This document shows, piece by piece, positions 1 through 13,750 of a stretch of DNA of 64,000 nt. Below the pieces are notes generated by a model. The model was given only the letters and a program-made list of their open reading frames with translations, was not told where the DNA came from and did no database searches. Made by a program: the position numbers and the translations under genes. Position 1 is the stretch's first letter; each line of letters opens with the position of its first letter. This stretch comes from the human T2T-CHM13v2.0 reference genome, Homo sapiens: assembly GCF_009914755.1 (NCBI RefSeq), contig NC_060930.1; one strand, written 5' to 3'.

Positions 1-1214
1 ATGTGATTTGAACTCAAGAGTCTTTAGAAATTTGTATCAAAAGATAATGTACATGCTTAATTTTTATATGTAATTCACAAATTATAAAATATAATTTGTC
101 AGAATAAAAAATGGAGTTTTGTACTTACATTTGAGGTTTTATAATTTTATTACAACTTAAACATCTCCATGTCTAATGAACAATATATGCATTACTTCTC
201 CTGACTACATCAATCTGCATTAAATCATAGTGACAGTTGCATTAAATCATAGTGACTGTTACATTAACAGCTAAATGCAGATAGTTCTCTTCATTTAGGA
301 ACATGCTTGTTAATCAGAATTACACAAATCTTGTACATCTCCAGAAACTAACACTGACCTAGAACTTAATTGTTCATCTAAATGCTCTGTGAAGTGTTTG
401 AATAGGTGTAATTTATTTACTTAGAAATTACCAACACAGATGCTGTCCCCCATTACACACCTCTTTTGTATTCAACTATGATTTAATGGTTTCTTGTACA
501 AAACTAGTCCAAGCCAATTAAAAAGCAAATAAATAGTCACAGTGGAGGGTAAATTGCCTTTTCTGCCTTCTTGAAGCATGTGTGCACCACTAAGATAAGA
601 TGTTGTCAATCTGTTAAAATCTCCGTGAATCCATCCTTCTTCACTGCTAGTAGCAGGAAAGCTTTAACACTTTGAACAACTAGGAAGGGTCATTTGTCTA
701 AGTTGTGGCAAAGCCTAAGGGGCAGAAAGGCCATAGTATTTCCTGCAACACATTAATCTAGACTTTAAAATAATGGAAAATATTCCAAAAGTGTCACTGT
801 TAAACACACTGTTGTTGGCTTAATTCAACTTCCTTTTTCCCTTCATTTATTCAAGATAAAATAATGCTGTACATTTTATTTACAAACATGAAGCAAAGCC
901 AATGTCATTAGGATTGTTCAGTGTAGACAATTCATCTATAGAGTCTCAATGAAACCAGTTGCTAAGCCCCCATCTCAAGTAACTTAATGCTGTCACTTCC
1001 TCATCAATTCCTTTGTCCCCCGCTGCCCATTTGCAGTTGTTTAGAATTTTGTTTCTGTTGCCTAGAACAATAATGAGTATTATGATGAAGTTATCAATGA
1101 CAGAAATTTTTAAGCACATTAATTATGCAGTTCTATTTCAATGTTACCAATGTTCTTTTGATAATATATGTCTATTATTTCTATTTTGAATTGCATTTAT
1201 TATAGACTAAAGCT

Positions 1215-1604
1215 GTTGTAATAAAGAATCCGACCAAAATTTTTGATGTTTGATGGCTTACAGCTTCTACATCTCACTCCTCCTTGCTCTCCTACTCCCT
1301 CACATCTATAAAAAGTGGATAAGAAAGTCTGTGTGCTTCCTACTTTGGCACAGGTCAGAAGCTCAAACCATGTAAACCCCTTCCCCTCCTGGCCCCACCT
1401 CCTAACAATAAGGATCCAAAGACAATCTCCCTTCCCTTGCTTTTAGGCCAATTTAGGAGGCCTGCCTTCCTCTCTTCAGAAAAGCCCCATTATGTGAGTA
1501 ACAAAACTTTTTGTGCGCTCTTGGGGTATGTGTGGCTTTATCAGTCTCTACATCTGAACCAAACTGTGGGTAGGAATCTAGCCTGCATCTTCTGGTTGTA
1601 TACA
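1215..1604 (+). mobile_element. Old ERVL-type solo LTR (MER54-like)
   Basis: Starts TGTTGTA and ends TATACA. Contains motifs I recall from MER54-type LTRs (GATAAGAAAG..GTGCT, GCTCAAACCA, CATTATGTGAGTAA, ATCAGTCTC..CATCTGAACCAAA). No clear TSD. Confidence 0.55.
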
Positions 1605-2149
1605 ATGGTTTTATAATTTACGTATGCATATGAAGTACCTGGTAAGATTATAAAGCATAGATTCCTAAACCTTCTGCAAGTTTGTGAATTGGACACTCTA
1701 GTGAGACACCAACAAGTCAGGGTTTTGTTTCTTTTTGTTGTTTGTTTTTTACAGATTTGTGGCATCAACATTTTACCTTTTATACCCATTTCTTGGATAA
1801 ACTTATTAACTCTTTCATTTAAAGTCTTGCTTTACCTTGTGCATTATTCTCCCACTCTTCTTTAAGGCTTAAATCTTTGTATCTTCAATGACAATAAGAC
1901 TTTAGCACACGAATGTGCTCAATGTTACTTCTATCTCAGAACTAATCAAGTAAAACTTGAGAAATATCAGCAACAATAATAAATAGAAATGTCATCATGG
2001 TTTCTTATGTCAATGCTAACTCTAAATTTGACAAATTTCTGGTTTCTAGCTTGATTTAGAGATGGATCCTAAATAGGCTGCTTGAATTTTCCATCACGTC
2101 TAATTCTTTGTTGCATGTAGTTTTTAAGTGCCAGTTAATAGGCAAGCAC

Positions 2150-2310
2150 CTGCCTGACCACATCAGCAACACCAGAGGCAGAAGGCATTATTAAAACACA
2201 GATTTTTGGGCCCACTCCACAGATAAGTTGGTGTAGGGCCCACAAAAACGATTTTTAAAGAAGCACCCCTTCAGGATTCTTATGCAGTCAGCTAAGTATA
2301 GGAATACTAG
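2150..2310. mobile_element. MER5-like hAT-Charlie DNA transposon remnant
   Basis: TTAAAACACAGATT..TGGGCCCACTCC...GTAGGGCCCA...ATTTTTAAAGAAGCACCCC..GGATTCTTATGCA resembles the MER5A/B core. Confidence 0.55.
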
Positions 2311-3894
2311 TTAGTAATGAATGTGTTCTGGAGCCTCAAAATATTTTAGAGCAGGAAGCTGCCACTTATTGTGCCAAGTTTTCTCTCCAACTCTTGCAGC
2401 CCAGCATGTCAACTGATGAAAAAGTGCTGGCGTTCCAAAAAGCCTGGGGGATGGTGCTCAGAAAGCCCCTGCTAGGAGCTAGATTGGATTATCTCAACTC
2501 ATACCTCTCAGCTAACAGGTGACACCCTGCTGAAAGCTGTTGACCTGAGGCTCTTTTGGATTGTGGTAAGAGTGTGAATTGTGATCCATCACTCTGGAGA
2601 ACCCTGATCAGAGGCTATTAGCAATGCACCTGGTCTTGGCAATTGATAGAAAAAGGAACACTGTGCCAGGGGAAGCTTGCGACAATGAAAACTGTTTCAA
2701 AATTCTTCTTTATATCAGCAATCCTAACTCTAGAATCATCAAAATATAACTAGGTTTTATTGTGTGTGAAAATGTGATAATTCCAATCAACACAGTTGTA
2801 CTACTTAAATCCTTCAGTTAGAAGAAAAATACTAAAAAAATACTAAATAAACGAACAGATTTTTATGAATTTTATACTGTAATTTCCCTTACACCTAGTA
2901 GGGAAGAATATTTGAATTTCTAGAAATAATGTATGTATTTATCTACATATAAAAATAAAATTAAGACTTTACATAACACCCACCTTTAATCAACGTAACA
3001 TTTTCTGACATTTATGCATTTTCAGAAAAGAAACAACTAGCCTGCAAAGCAATTGTTAAATTTTAAATGTAGGCCTCCAAAATACAATAAACAAACTACA
3101 GAAAACAGAAGCCTATCAACACAGTAAACATTTGCAATGGTTTTAATATAACCATAATTATAAACTGAAGAACAGAAATATATTAATGGAAAAACAATTT
3201 ACTGTAGCTGTGTTATTGTCCTGAAACAGGAAGCCTATGTATCTAATAATAAGGTGGAATTGCATCATGTGTAAATATATAAAATGAGACTTTTTCAGGC
3301 AGGCATTGAACACATGTTTACTCAGACTTTTAATGAGGTGTCTGAGAGAATAGCAGTGGTCCCTTCAGTATCCATTTCTTCATTTTCTTAGGCATATCAT
3401 CTCCCAAATGAAGAGCCAGGGTGATGGGCTAAGACCTCATATATTAAATATGTACAGAAAAAAATGTGTGTGCAACTTTCCTCTCACTGTTTGTGCAGAA
3501 CTTTCTCTATTTTATCTTCCTATAAATTGCTTGTACAATACTTTATTTTATCTTCCTATAAGCAAAAACACAGACAGACATCTAGTTTTAATCAATCAAA
3601 TAATAATAATAACTTACATGATGAAAGATCCCAAAATGGAAGCAATTGTCTTTCTGAATGACTTTTTGGTAAGTAAATCTGGTCTTCCAGTAAGAACTTC
3701 CCATGGTCAAACTATTAAGAGATGAATAAATATTTATCTTACCCAAATCATTACATTTTTGGGTCTAATTTTTACAGCAGCTTAACCTTTACCATATCCG
3801 ATCAAGGTAGAAAAAGAAAAATATTCAAAGTTATATTTACAGAGAAATCTAAAATAAATATTAACAGAAAGGAGAAGTGAGAGATTGAGAAGCA

Positions 3895-5945
3895 AAACCA
3901 AGGATACCCATTGTCACTACACCTATTCAATATAGTATTGAAAATCCTAGCTAGAACAATCAGGCAAGTGAAGTTAATAAAAGGCATCACAATAAGAAAA
4001 GAACTTGAACTATCTTTCTTCAATGACAATACGATTTTATACCTAGATAACACTAAAAGACTCTGCCAAAAAGCTCCTAGAACTGATAGACAACTTCAGT
4101 AAAGTTTCACAGTACAAAATCAGTGTACAAAAATCAGTAGCATTTCCATACACAAATAAAGTTTAAGCTGAGTCAAATCAAGAATGCAATTCTATTTACA
4201 TTAGCTAAAAAGAATAAAATAAGCAGGAATACAGCTAACCAAGGAAGAGAAAGAGCTCTTCAAGGAGAACTACAAAATACTCCTGAGAGATTACACAAAT
4301 AAATGGAGAAACATCCCATGGTCATGGATCAAAAGAATCAATATTACTAAGATGGCTGAACTGCCCAAAGCAATGTACAGATTCAGCATTATTTCTACCA
4401 TACTAACAACTTGATTTTTCACAGAATCAGAAGAAACTATTCTGAAATTCATATGGAACAATAGAAGAGCCTGAATGGCCCAAGCAATCCTAAGCAAAAA
4501 GAACAATGCTGGAAATTTCACATTACCCAACCTCAGACTATGCTACAAGGCTGCAGTAAAAAAAACCAGCATGGAACTGGTACAATAGACACATAGACCA
4601 ATGGAACAGAATAAAGAGATCAGATTAAGTCATACAGCTACAACCATTTCATCTTTGACAAATTTTACAAAAATAATCAATGAGGAGAAGACTCCATATT
4701 CAATAAATGGTGGGTGCTGAGATAACTGGCTATCCATATGCAGAAGAGTGAAGTTGGACCCCCTATCTATCACCATATACAAATATCAATTAAAGATGGA
4801 TTAAATAAAGACTTAAATGTAAGACCTCAAACTATAAATATCCTAGAAAGAAACCTAGGAAATATCCTTTTCAATATTGGTCTTGGCAAAGTATTTATGG
4901 CTAAATCCTTAAACGCAACTGCAACAACAACAAAAATTGACAAGTGAAACCTAATTAAACTAAGGAGGTCCTACACAACAAGAGACATTCTCAATAGAAT
5001 AAATAGACAACCTACAGAATGGGGAAAATATTTGCAAACTATGCATTTAATGAAGGTCCAGAATCTATAAGAAATTTGAAGAAAACAAAAGGCAAAAATC
5101 AAATAACCCCATTAAAAAATGGTCAAAGGACATGAACAGACACTTCTCAAAACAAGACAGACTAGTAGCCAACAAACATAAAAAAAATGCTCATAATCAC
5201 TAATCATCAGAGAAACGAATATCAAAACCACAATGAGATACCATCTCACACCAGTCGGAATAGCTATAATCAGAAAGTGATAAAATAACAGGTTACCTCT
5301 GAGGCTGCAGAGGAAATAAAACACTTATACATAGTTGGTGGTAATGTAAATAAGTCACTGGAGGGGCAGTTTGAAGATTCCTCAAAGAACTAAGAATTGA
5401 ACTAACATTTGACCCAACAGTCCCAATACTGGATATACACTCAACGGAAAATAAATCATTCTGCCAAAAAGACACATGCACCTGTATGTTCTTTGTAGTG
5501 TTATTCACAATATTAAAGCCATGAAATTAACCCAGGGTATATCAACAGTGTACTGGCAAAAGAAAATGTGGTACATATACATCATAGAATCTTATATAGC
5601 CATAAAAAGAAAAAAAATCATTTCATTTGCAGCAACATGGATGTAGCTGGAGGCCATTATACTAAGTGAAGTAATGAAGAAACAGAAAACCAAATACCAC
5701 ATGTTCTCACTTACAAGTAGGAGTTAAACATTAAGTATACATAGAGATAAAAATAGGAAAAAATAGACACTGGAGCCTAGTAGAGGAGGGAAAGAGAGGA
5801 GGGCAAGGGCTGAAAAACTACCGCTTGAGTACTATGCTCAGTACCTTGCTGACAGATTCATTCAAACTCCAAACCTTAGCATTATGCAATATACTTATGT
5901 AATAAATCTGCACATGTACTCTCTGATTCTAAAATAAAAGTTTTA
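3895..5945 (+). mobile_element. 5'-truncated LINE-1, L1PB-like (degraded ORF2 RT/C-terminus and 3'UTR)
   Basis: ORF fragments match ORF2 (e.g. [15 protein letters not shown]). The 3' end ...CCAAACCTTAGCATTATGCAATATACTTATGTAATAAATCTGCACATGTAC..CTAAAATAAAAG is of L1PB type. Confidence 0.9.
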
Positions 5946-6084
5946 AATAAGTTACGTTCATGAAATAAAATTAGGAATAAATATTAGCTTGCCCTTCCCA
6001 TACATATTTGAAATATTTAATAACAATGGGAAAATAGTTTTTGAAGTTGTAAGACAATTGACTGCAATTAAGAAAATCACAACA

Positions 6085-6445
6085 GGGAATACGATGCAGT
6101 CATAGAAAAGATCATGTCCTTTGTAGGGACTTGGATGGCACTGGAGGCCATTATCCTTAGCAAAGTAACACAGGAACAGAAAACCAAATACTGCATATTG
6201 TCACTTATAAGTGGGAGCTAAATAATGAGAACAGATGGACTTATAGAAGGGATCAACACACAGGGGGCCTATCAGAGGGTAGAGGGTAGGAGGAGTGAGA
6301 GGATCAGGAAAATGACTATTTGGTACTAAGCTTAATACCTAGGTGATAAAATAGTCTGTACAACAAACCCCTATGACACAAGCTTACCTGTGGAACAAAC
6401 GGCACATGTACCCTGGAACTAAAGTTAAAAAAAAAAAAAGAAAAA
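6085..6445 (+). mobile_element. Short LINE-1 3' end, L1PA11-13-like, with poly(A)
   Basis: GATCATGTCCTTTGTAGGGAC..GGAGGCCATTATCCTTAGCAAA..., 3'UTR ending GCACATGTACCCTGGAACTAAAGTT plus an A-tract. Confidence 0.9.
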
Positions 6446-6659
6446 GTACATCCCCATAAAGACTAAAAAAAAATAATTAATAAGTTGTTTTTAAAAATAG
6501 TTTTAAAATATGCTAAAAAAACTGTTTATTGTAAGTGGTAAAAATGCAATTAACTAACTCAATAAGAAAGAAAAAATACATTGACAGAAATAAACTATTT
6601 GGGACATAAATGATGAAAGACAAATTTATTTCTTAAGTTTTTATAAATTATATATACAT

Positions 6660-6797
6660 ATAAACTTTATAAAAAATATATATTTGGAGTACAACATGTT
6701 TTGGCATATACATACCCAGTAAATGATTAATACTGTCAAGCTAATTAACATATTAATCACCTCTCTTAGTTACCTTTGTGTGTGTGTGTGATGAGAA
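6660..6797 (-). mobile_element. L1MA (L1MA8/9-like) 3' end fragment
   Basis: TACAACATGTTTTG..ATATACAT..AATGATTAATACTGTCAAGCTAATTAACATAT..ATCACCTC..TAGTTACC..TGTGTG..TGAGAA is the antisense L1MA 3' terminus. Confidence 0.7.
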
Positions 6798-6880
6798 GTT
6801 AGTTTTATTGGAGAACAAAGTAGTCATTTCCCTTGAGCTTAGATAAGTCAATAAAACTATAAAGTAAGTAAGGGGGAAAG

Positions 6881-9800
6881 CCAGAAACAACAGAATATAC
6901 ATTCTTCTTATTGCCACATGGCACATACTCTAAAATTAACCACATAATCAGATATAAAACAATCATCAGCAAATGCAGAAGAACTGAAATCATACCAAAG
7001 ACAATCTCAGATCACAGCACAATAAAAAATGAAAGTCAAGATTATAAAAAAATCACTCAAAACTGTGCAATTACATGAAAATTAAACAATATGCTCCTGA
7101 ATGAGTTTTGAGTAAATAATGAAATTAAGGCAGAAATCACGAAGTTCTTTGAAACTAATGAGAACAAAGATACAACACGTCAGAATCTCTGTTACATAGC
7201 TACAAGGTAGTGAGGGAAATTTATAGCACTAAGTGCTGACATCAAAATGTTAGATCTCAAAGTAACTACCTAACATCACAACTGAAAGAATTAGAGAAGC
7301 AAGAGCAAACCAACCCCAAAGCTAGCAAAATACAAGAAATAACCAAAATCAGAACTGAACTGAAGGAAATGGAGTCATAAAACAACATTCAAAAGATCAA
7401 CAAATCCAGGAGTTGGTTTTTTGAAAAAATTAATATGATAGGCTGCTGGTAGACTAATAAAGAAGAAAAGAGAAGGTCCAAATAAACACACTTAAAAATG
7501 ACAAAGGAGTTGTTACCACTGACCCCACAGAAATAAAAATAACTGTCAGAAACTACCATGAACACCTCTATGCACACAAACTGGAAAACTTAGAAGAGAG
7601 GGATAAATTCCTGGACACACACACTACCCCAAGACTGAAGTAGGAAGGAGTTGATTCCCTGAACAGACCAATAACAAGCTCTGAAATTGAATCAATAATA
7701 AATGCCCTGTCAACCAAAAAAATTCCAGTGCCAGATGGATTTACAGCCAAATTCTACCATATGTATAAGGAAGAGCTGATTCCTACTGAAACTGTTCAAA
7801 ATATTGAGGAGGAGGGATTCCTTCCTAACTCATTCTATGAGGCCAGCATCATTCTGATACCAAAACCTGGCAGAGGCACAACAACAAAGAACACTTTAGG
7901 ACAATATCCTTGATGAACATTGATGCAAAACCCCTCAACAAAATACTTGCAAATCAAATCCAGCAGCATATGAAAAAGATAATCCATCATAATCAAGTAG
8001 GCTTCATCTCTGGGATGCAAAGTTGGTTCAACATATGTAAATCAATGAATGTGATTAATCATATACACAAAAATAAAAGCAAACCCCATGTGATTATCTC
8101 AATAGATGCATAAAAGGCTTTCAATAAAATTCAAAATCTCTTCATGTTAAAAACTCTCAACAAACTAGGTATTGAAGGAACATACCTCAAAATAATGAAT
8201 AATCTATGACAAACCCACAGCCAGCATCATACTAAATGGACAAAAGCTGTAAGCATTCCCCATGAAAACCAGCACAAGACAAGGATGCCATCTCTTACCG
8301 CTTCTATTAACAACATAGTATTGGAAGTCCTAGCTAGGTTAATCAGACAAGAGAAATAAATAAAGCGTATTCAAATAGAAAGAATGAAATTCAAACTATC
8401 ATTGTTAGCAGTCAACATAATTCTATATCTAGATAACCCCATAGTCTCAGCCCAAAAGTTCCATCAGCTAATAAACAACCTCAGTGAAGATTTAGGATAA
8501 AAAAACCAACGTACGAAAATCACTAGCATTCTTACACACCAAGAACAGCCAAGCTGAGAGGCAAATCATGAATGCAATCTCATTCACAATTGCAACAAAA
8601 AGAATAAAGGACCTAGGAGTATAGCTAATCAGGGAAGTGAAAGATGTCTATAATGAGAATTGCAAAACACTGCTTAAAGAAATCAGAGATGAAACAAATG
8701 GGAAAACATTTCATTCTTATTGGTAGGAAGAATCAATATCATTAAAATGGCCATCCTGCTTCAAGCAATTTACAGATTCAATGCTATTTGTATAAAACTA
8801 CCAATGACATTCTTCACAGAACTAGAAGAAAAGTAGTTTACAACTCATTTGAAACAACAAAAAAAAGTGCCCACATAACCAAGGCAATCTTAGGCAAAAA
8901 CAAAAACAAAAAAAGCAAACAACAACAACAAAAAACACCAAACAAGCAAACAACAACAAAAAAACAAAGTTAGAGGTATCATGTTACCCAGTTTCAAACT
9001 ATACTACAGGGCAACAGTAAATAAAACATTATGGTACTAGTACAGAAACAGATACATAGTCCAATGGAAAAGACTAGGGAGCTCATCAGAAATAAGGCTG
9101 AACACCTACAACCACCTGATGTTCTACAAAGCTGACAAGCAGTGTGAAAAGGACTCCCTATTCAATAATTTTGCTGGGATAACTAGCTAGCTATATGCAA
9201 AAGATTGAAACTGGACTCCTTCCTTACACCACATACAAAAATCAACACACGATGGATTAAACACTTAAATGTAAAACCTAAAACTAAAAGCCCTGGAAGA
9301 CAACATAGGCAATAACATTCTGGACACAGAAACAGGCAAACCTTTCAAGATGAAGACCCAAAAGCAATTGCAACAAAAGCAAAAAAGAGACAAATGGGAT
9401 CTAATTAAACATAAGAGCTTTTGCACAGCAAAAGAAACTATCAACAGGGTAAACAGACAACCTACAGAATGGGAGAAAATATTTGCAAACTGCAACTGAC
9501 AAAGGTCTAATATCTAGCATCTATAAGGAACTTAAACAAATTTACAAGAAAAAAAAACCCACTAAAATGGTTGGAAAAGTTTGAATACACTTTTCAAAAG
9601 AAGGCATACATGCAGCCAACAGGCATATAAAAAAATCTTAATATAACTGACCATTAGAGAAATGCAAATCAAAACCACAATGAGATACCATCATATTACA
9701 CCAGTTAGGATGGCTATTATGAAAAAGTCAAAAAACAACAGGTGTTGGCAAAAATTGTGGAGAAAAGGAAATACTTATACAATGTTGGTGGAAGTGTAAA

Positions 9801-10380
9801 TTAGTTTAATCATTGTGGAAAGCAGTGTGGTGATTTCTCAAACAGCTAGAAACAGAATTATCATTTGACCCAGCAATTTCAAAGGAACATAAATCATACT
9901 ACCATAAAGACACATGCATGCAAATATTAATTGCAGCTCTATTCATAATAGCAAGGACATAGAATCAACCTACATGCCTATTAATGACAGATTGGATAAA
10001 GAAAATGTGGTAAATATATACCATAAAATACCAGATAGCCTTAAAAAAATAATGAGATCATGTCCTTTGCAGGGACATGGATACAGCTGGAGGCCATCAT
10101 CCTTAGCAAACTAGCGCAGGAACAGAAAACCAAATACCACATGTTCTCACTTATAAGGGGAAGCCAAATGATGAGAACTCTTGGCCGCAAAGAGGAAGAC
10201 GGAAACAACAGACACTACAGCCTCCTTGAGGGCGGGGTGTGGGATGGGGAGAGGATCAGAAAAAGTAACTATTGGGTACTAGGCTCAGTACCTGGGTGAC
10301 AATCTGTAAAACAAACCTCTATGACATGAGTTTACCTATATAACAAACCTGTATGTGTGCCCCTGAATCTAAAATAAAAA
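6881..10380 (+). mobile_element. 5'-truncated LINE-1, L1PA12/13-like (ORF2 from late endonuclease domain to 3'UTR, frameshifted)
   Basis: ORF2 peptides [10 protein letters not shown].., [20 protein letters not shown].. and an L1PA-type 3'UTR. Degenerate TSD AAGGGGGAAAG (6870-6880) vs GAGAGGGAAAG (10381-10391). Confidence 0.92.
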
Positions 10381-12312
10381 GAGAGGGAAAGATCAATTTA
10401 TCATTAAAACTGAGATACATTTTAGGAATGGCAAATTACATTGTGGGGCCAGAGTACCCCATACATATCATAATATTTTGGGTCAGGGATTATATAAGAA
10501 TAATGGACAAGATCTTGGGATACTCTTGCAACTGTCCAGACCTAGAAAAAATGGGAAGTTGTTGAGAAAATCTGTGATCATATGAGTGAGTGATAGGAGA
10601 TTTGTAAGTTTGGAAACTGATATATATATATTTTTTCAGATTAGAGATGATTTAGGTTGGAACTCTTGCAGTGGCTATAGAGGTTGAATGGTGAGTGATG
10701 ACACACTTCAGTAATTTAGACTCATAATGTCTATTGATGTCTTATTTTGGAAAATTGATTTGATTCCTAGGGAAATAATAGAGAAAATCTATTTCAACTA
10801 TGGGTGAGATGCTTTAGGTTATTTTGTTTGCAACGGTTGGAAGAGTAAAATAAATCACATCACCTTTTTAATTCTTAGAATATTTAGTCAGTTACATTCC
10901 CTATGTTATCCTCAACCAAAAAGTTAACTTTTCCAAAGACAAATTCATTTTATGAAGTTGTGTTACTTTTTATTGAAAAAAAATTAATGTCACTGAAATT
11001 TTTTTTCATTCTACCTCTTATTTAATATGCAAAAACTTGTTAGTAATTGAGATAGAAGACCTGTAGTTTAAATGTTGTATTATTCCTGATGGATGATTAT
11101 GAATATAGGACTTGACTATATTTCAAGTTTATAGTTTATAAAGAATGTAGTTTCAGTGGATTTAAAATAGATATAAATATAGATTAAAAAATTATTTATA
11201 GATGGTTTAGCATGAAAGTTTTCTGCTAAACACTTACAAGTCTGTTAAATATCACTTCAGTTAACAGTGAAATAGTGAATCTCATTCATTTTTTTTTAAA
11301 TCTAAAATCAGATTCCATCTGTCCAATTTGGTATTTTGGCACTAACTGTTATTTGTGATTTCGTTTGATATGGTTCATCTGGAATTTTAGTAGTGACCAT
11401 TCATTGTGATTTGATTTGATTATACATAGCTCTCTGTGATGCTTACTGGAACGCAGCTTTATAAATGCAAATTGTCCTGTATGTCTCAGTTACTCTAAAA
11501 TTGGATTTAACTATTTGGAAATTGTGGGCCAAGAGAAGCTTCATGAACTTCTTTTAAAAATTCTGTAAAACATGGTATATAGCAAATCTATTTTTGAATC
11601 TTTTACATGTAAATTTAATGGAAACATTAACTTTCATGGCAGAAATAAATATGTATATATGATTCTAAATGATTCATTCATCAATATCAGAATTAAATAA
11701 TAAAGACAAATAAAAAAATTCCTGTCAATGTGGCCTTCTCCTTGAATTATAAGTCAAATGTATTCCATACAGTACATTGAAGAATTTGTACCTATGTTAA
11801 CACAAAAGTTTGATCCATAGCATATTCTTCATGAATAAAAGAAGTAAGCCATAGAGGGATATGTGTAAATTGGATACATATAAAAGTATTAGGCAATATA
11901 AATTAATAGTAAAATATGATCAAATTTGAATAAACTTTCTTGAAAATAACAAATTTTCAAGCAGGAATAAGTAAGTTATATTTTATAATTTCCAAGGTCA
12001 TTATAGTACAAATCATATTACGATCACTTTTTTATAGTTAGAATTATTTCTAATAGGACTATCTGAGCTACTTCGAGAAAACTAGCAAGGTCTACCCTGA
12101 AAACACTTCAGATATGTGATATTTCAACATGTAATAATATTTATAATACATATGTCAGATCTTAGGTGATAGACTATTTACTAACATAACAATTAAAAAC
12201 AAATTACAAACTGAATTTCTAACATAAATAATGAAGATTAAATATCCTATGCACTCACACATATATTATCAAAACAGTATGTTACTAGACAAAAAAATAT
12301 CACAAAATTATA

Positions 12313-12607
12313 ATTTTTCTTCCTTTTTCGAGACAGGATCTCATACTATCAACCAGGCTGGAGTGCAGTGGCATGGTCTCAGCTTACTGCAACCTCTGCC
12401 TCTGGTGCTCAGGAGATCCTCCCACCTCAGTCTCTTAAGTGGGACCACATGTGCACACCACCACACCTGGCTAATTTTTGTATTTTTTGTAGAGATGAGG
12501 TTTTGTCATGTTGGCCAGCCTGGTGTCAAAGTCCTGGGCTGAAGCAATCTGCCCACCTCGGCCTTCCAAAGTGCTGGGATTACAGGTGTGAGCCACTGCA
12601 CCCAGCC
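12313..12607 (-). mobile_element. Alu SINE, AluJ-like
   Basis: Antisense dimer: T-rich tail, GAGACAGGATCTCA..CCAGGCTGGAGTGCAGTGG, middle TAATTTTTGTATTTTTTGTAGAGA, ending GAGCCACTGCACCCAGCC. Confidence 0.95.
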
Positions 12608-12629
12608 AATTTATTTCTTTTTTAATTCA

Positions 12630-13750
12630 AAAACTTTTATATTGAGTACTAAATGTATGCAACACATTGTGCAGATATTCGAGATACACAGATGAACACA
12701 ATCAAATGTCTTCTGACCTCTAACCTTATAGAAGAGTCCAGATAAGAAAGTAAACATCCAGCAAATAATCACCCCAATGTATAAGTAAATAAAACTGACA
12801 AAAATAAAAAAGGATAGCTATATGGTTCCAGGAAACCCCAATAGAGAAATTCACTCTAGTTTCTCTGAGGAAGTAAAGATTTAGTTATGAAACAGCATTA
12901 TAAAGCAATTAGCAGGATCAGAGAAGAAGCAGTGCGGAAAGACCATTCCAATCAGAAACAGCCAAATGTTAAAAGGCCCTCAGGAGTTTGGCATCGTGAA
13001 GAAATGAGACCATTTGAGGTCAGGTTGAGAGGTAAGACTGTACCCAGACTGTGGGCCATGATAAAGACTGACCACTTGATATTAAGGCAATAGAAAAGCA
13101 CTGGAGACTTTTAAGCCAGAGATGGAATGGAGAATCAGGGAGAAGATCAGATTTGTAGACTGGAAAATTTTGACTTCAGTATACAAAAAGAAGTATCTGA
13201 GGAAAAGAGAGGTCTGGGGAAAGCAGGAAGCCACTAAATTAGCTCATGTGAGTGATAATGGCTGCTGGATATAAGGAGATGGAAAGAAAGGCAGAGAAGT
13301 AGGTAGAATCAATAAATATTTAAGAGGTTAAAATATATAGGATTAGTACTGGAATGGGTGGCATTTGTGTATTGAAAGAGAGGAAGGAATACAAGAGATA
13401 TTTAAGAGGAACAAGTTTACAAAACTAAACCATATGTTTGGTTATAAATATGTTGAATCTCAATTATATTTATGATATTTACTTGGAAAACATAAGTAAA
13501 CATTTACATACTAAGGTATGGGCTTCAGTGAGATAAAATTTTGTGTTTATTACATATTGGTGATAATATCACACCTTGGGCAGAAAAGAGACTGCTAGAG
13601 ATTATAATGCCTAAATAAAAAAAGAACAAAAAATTAAGAAATCTTTAAATGTAATGTTTTGTACAAAAAGATGAACCACTGAAAAAGACTGAGAAGGACG
13701 TTTTTAAAATATCACCTGAGGCCAAGGACAGTACCGATATCAATGAAAGA
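12630..13750 (-). mobile_element. LINE-2 remnant
   Basis: Begins with a degenerate antisense L2 3' end (TATTGAGTAC..ATGTATGCAACACATTGTGC..GATACACAGATGAACA), followed by purine-rich antisense L2 body. Boundaries approximate. Confidence 0.65.
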
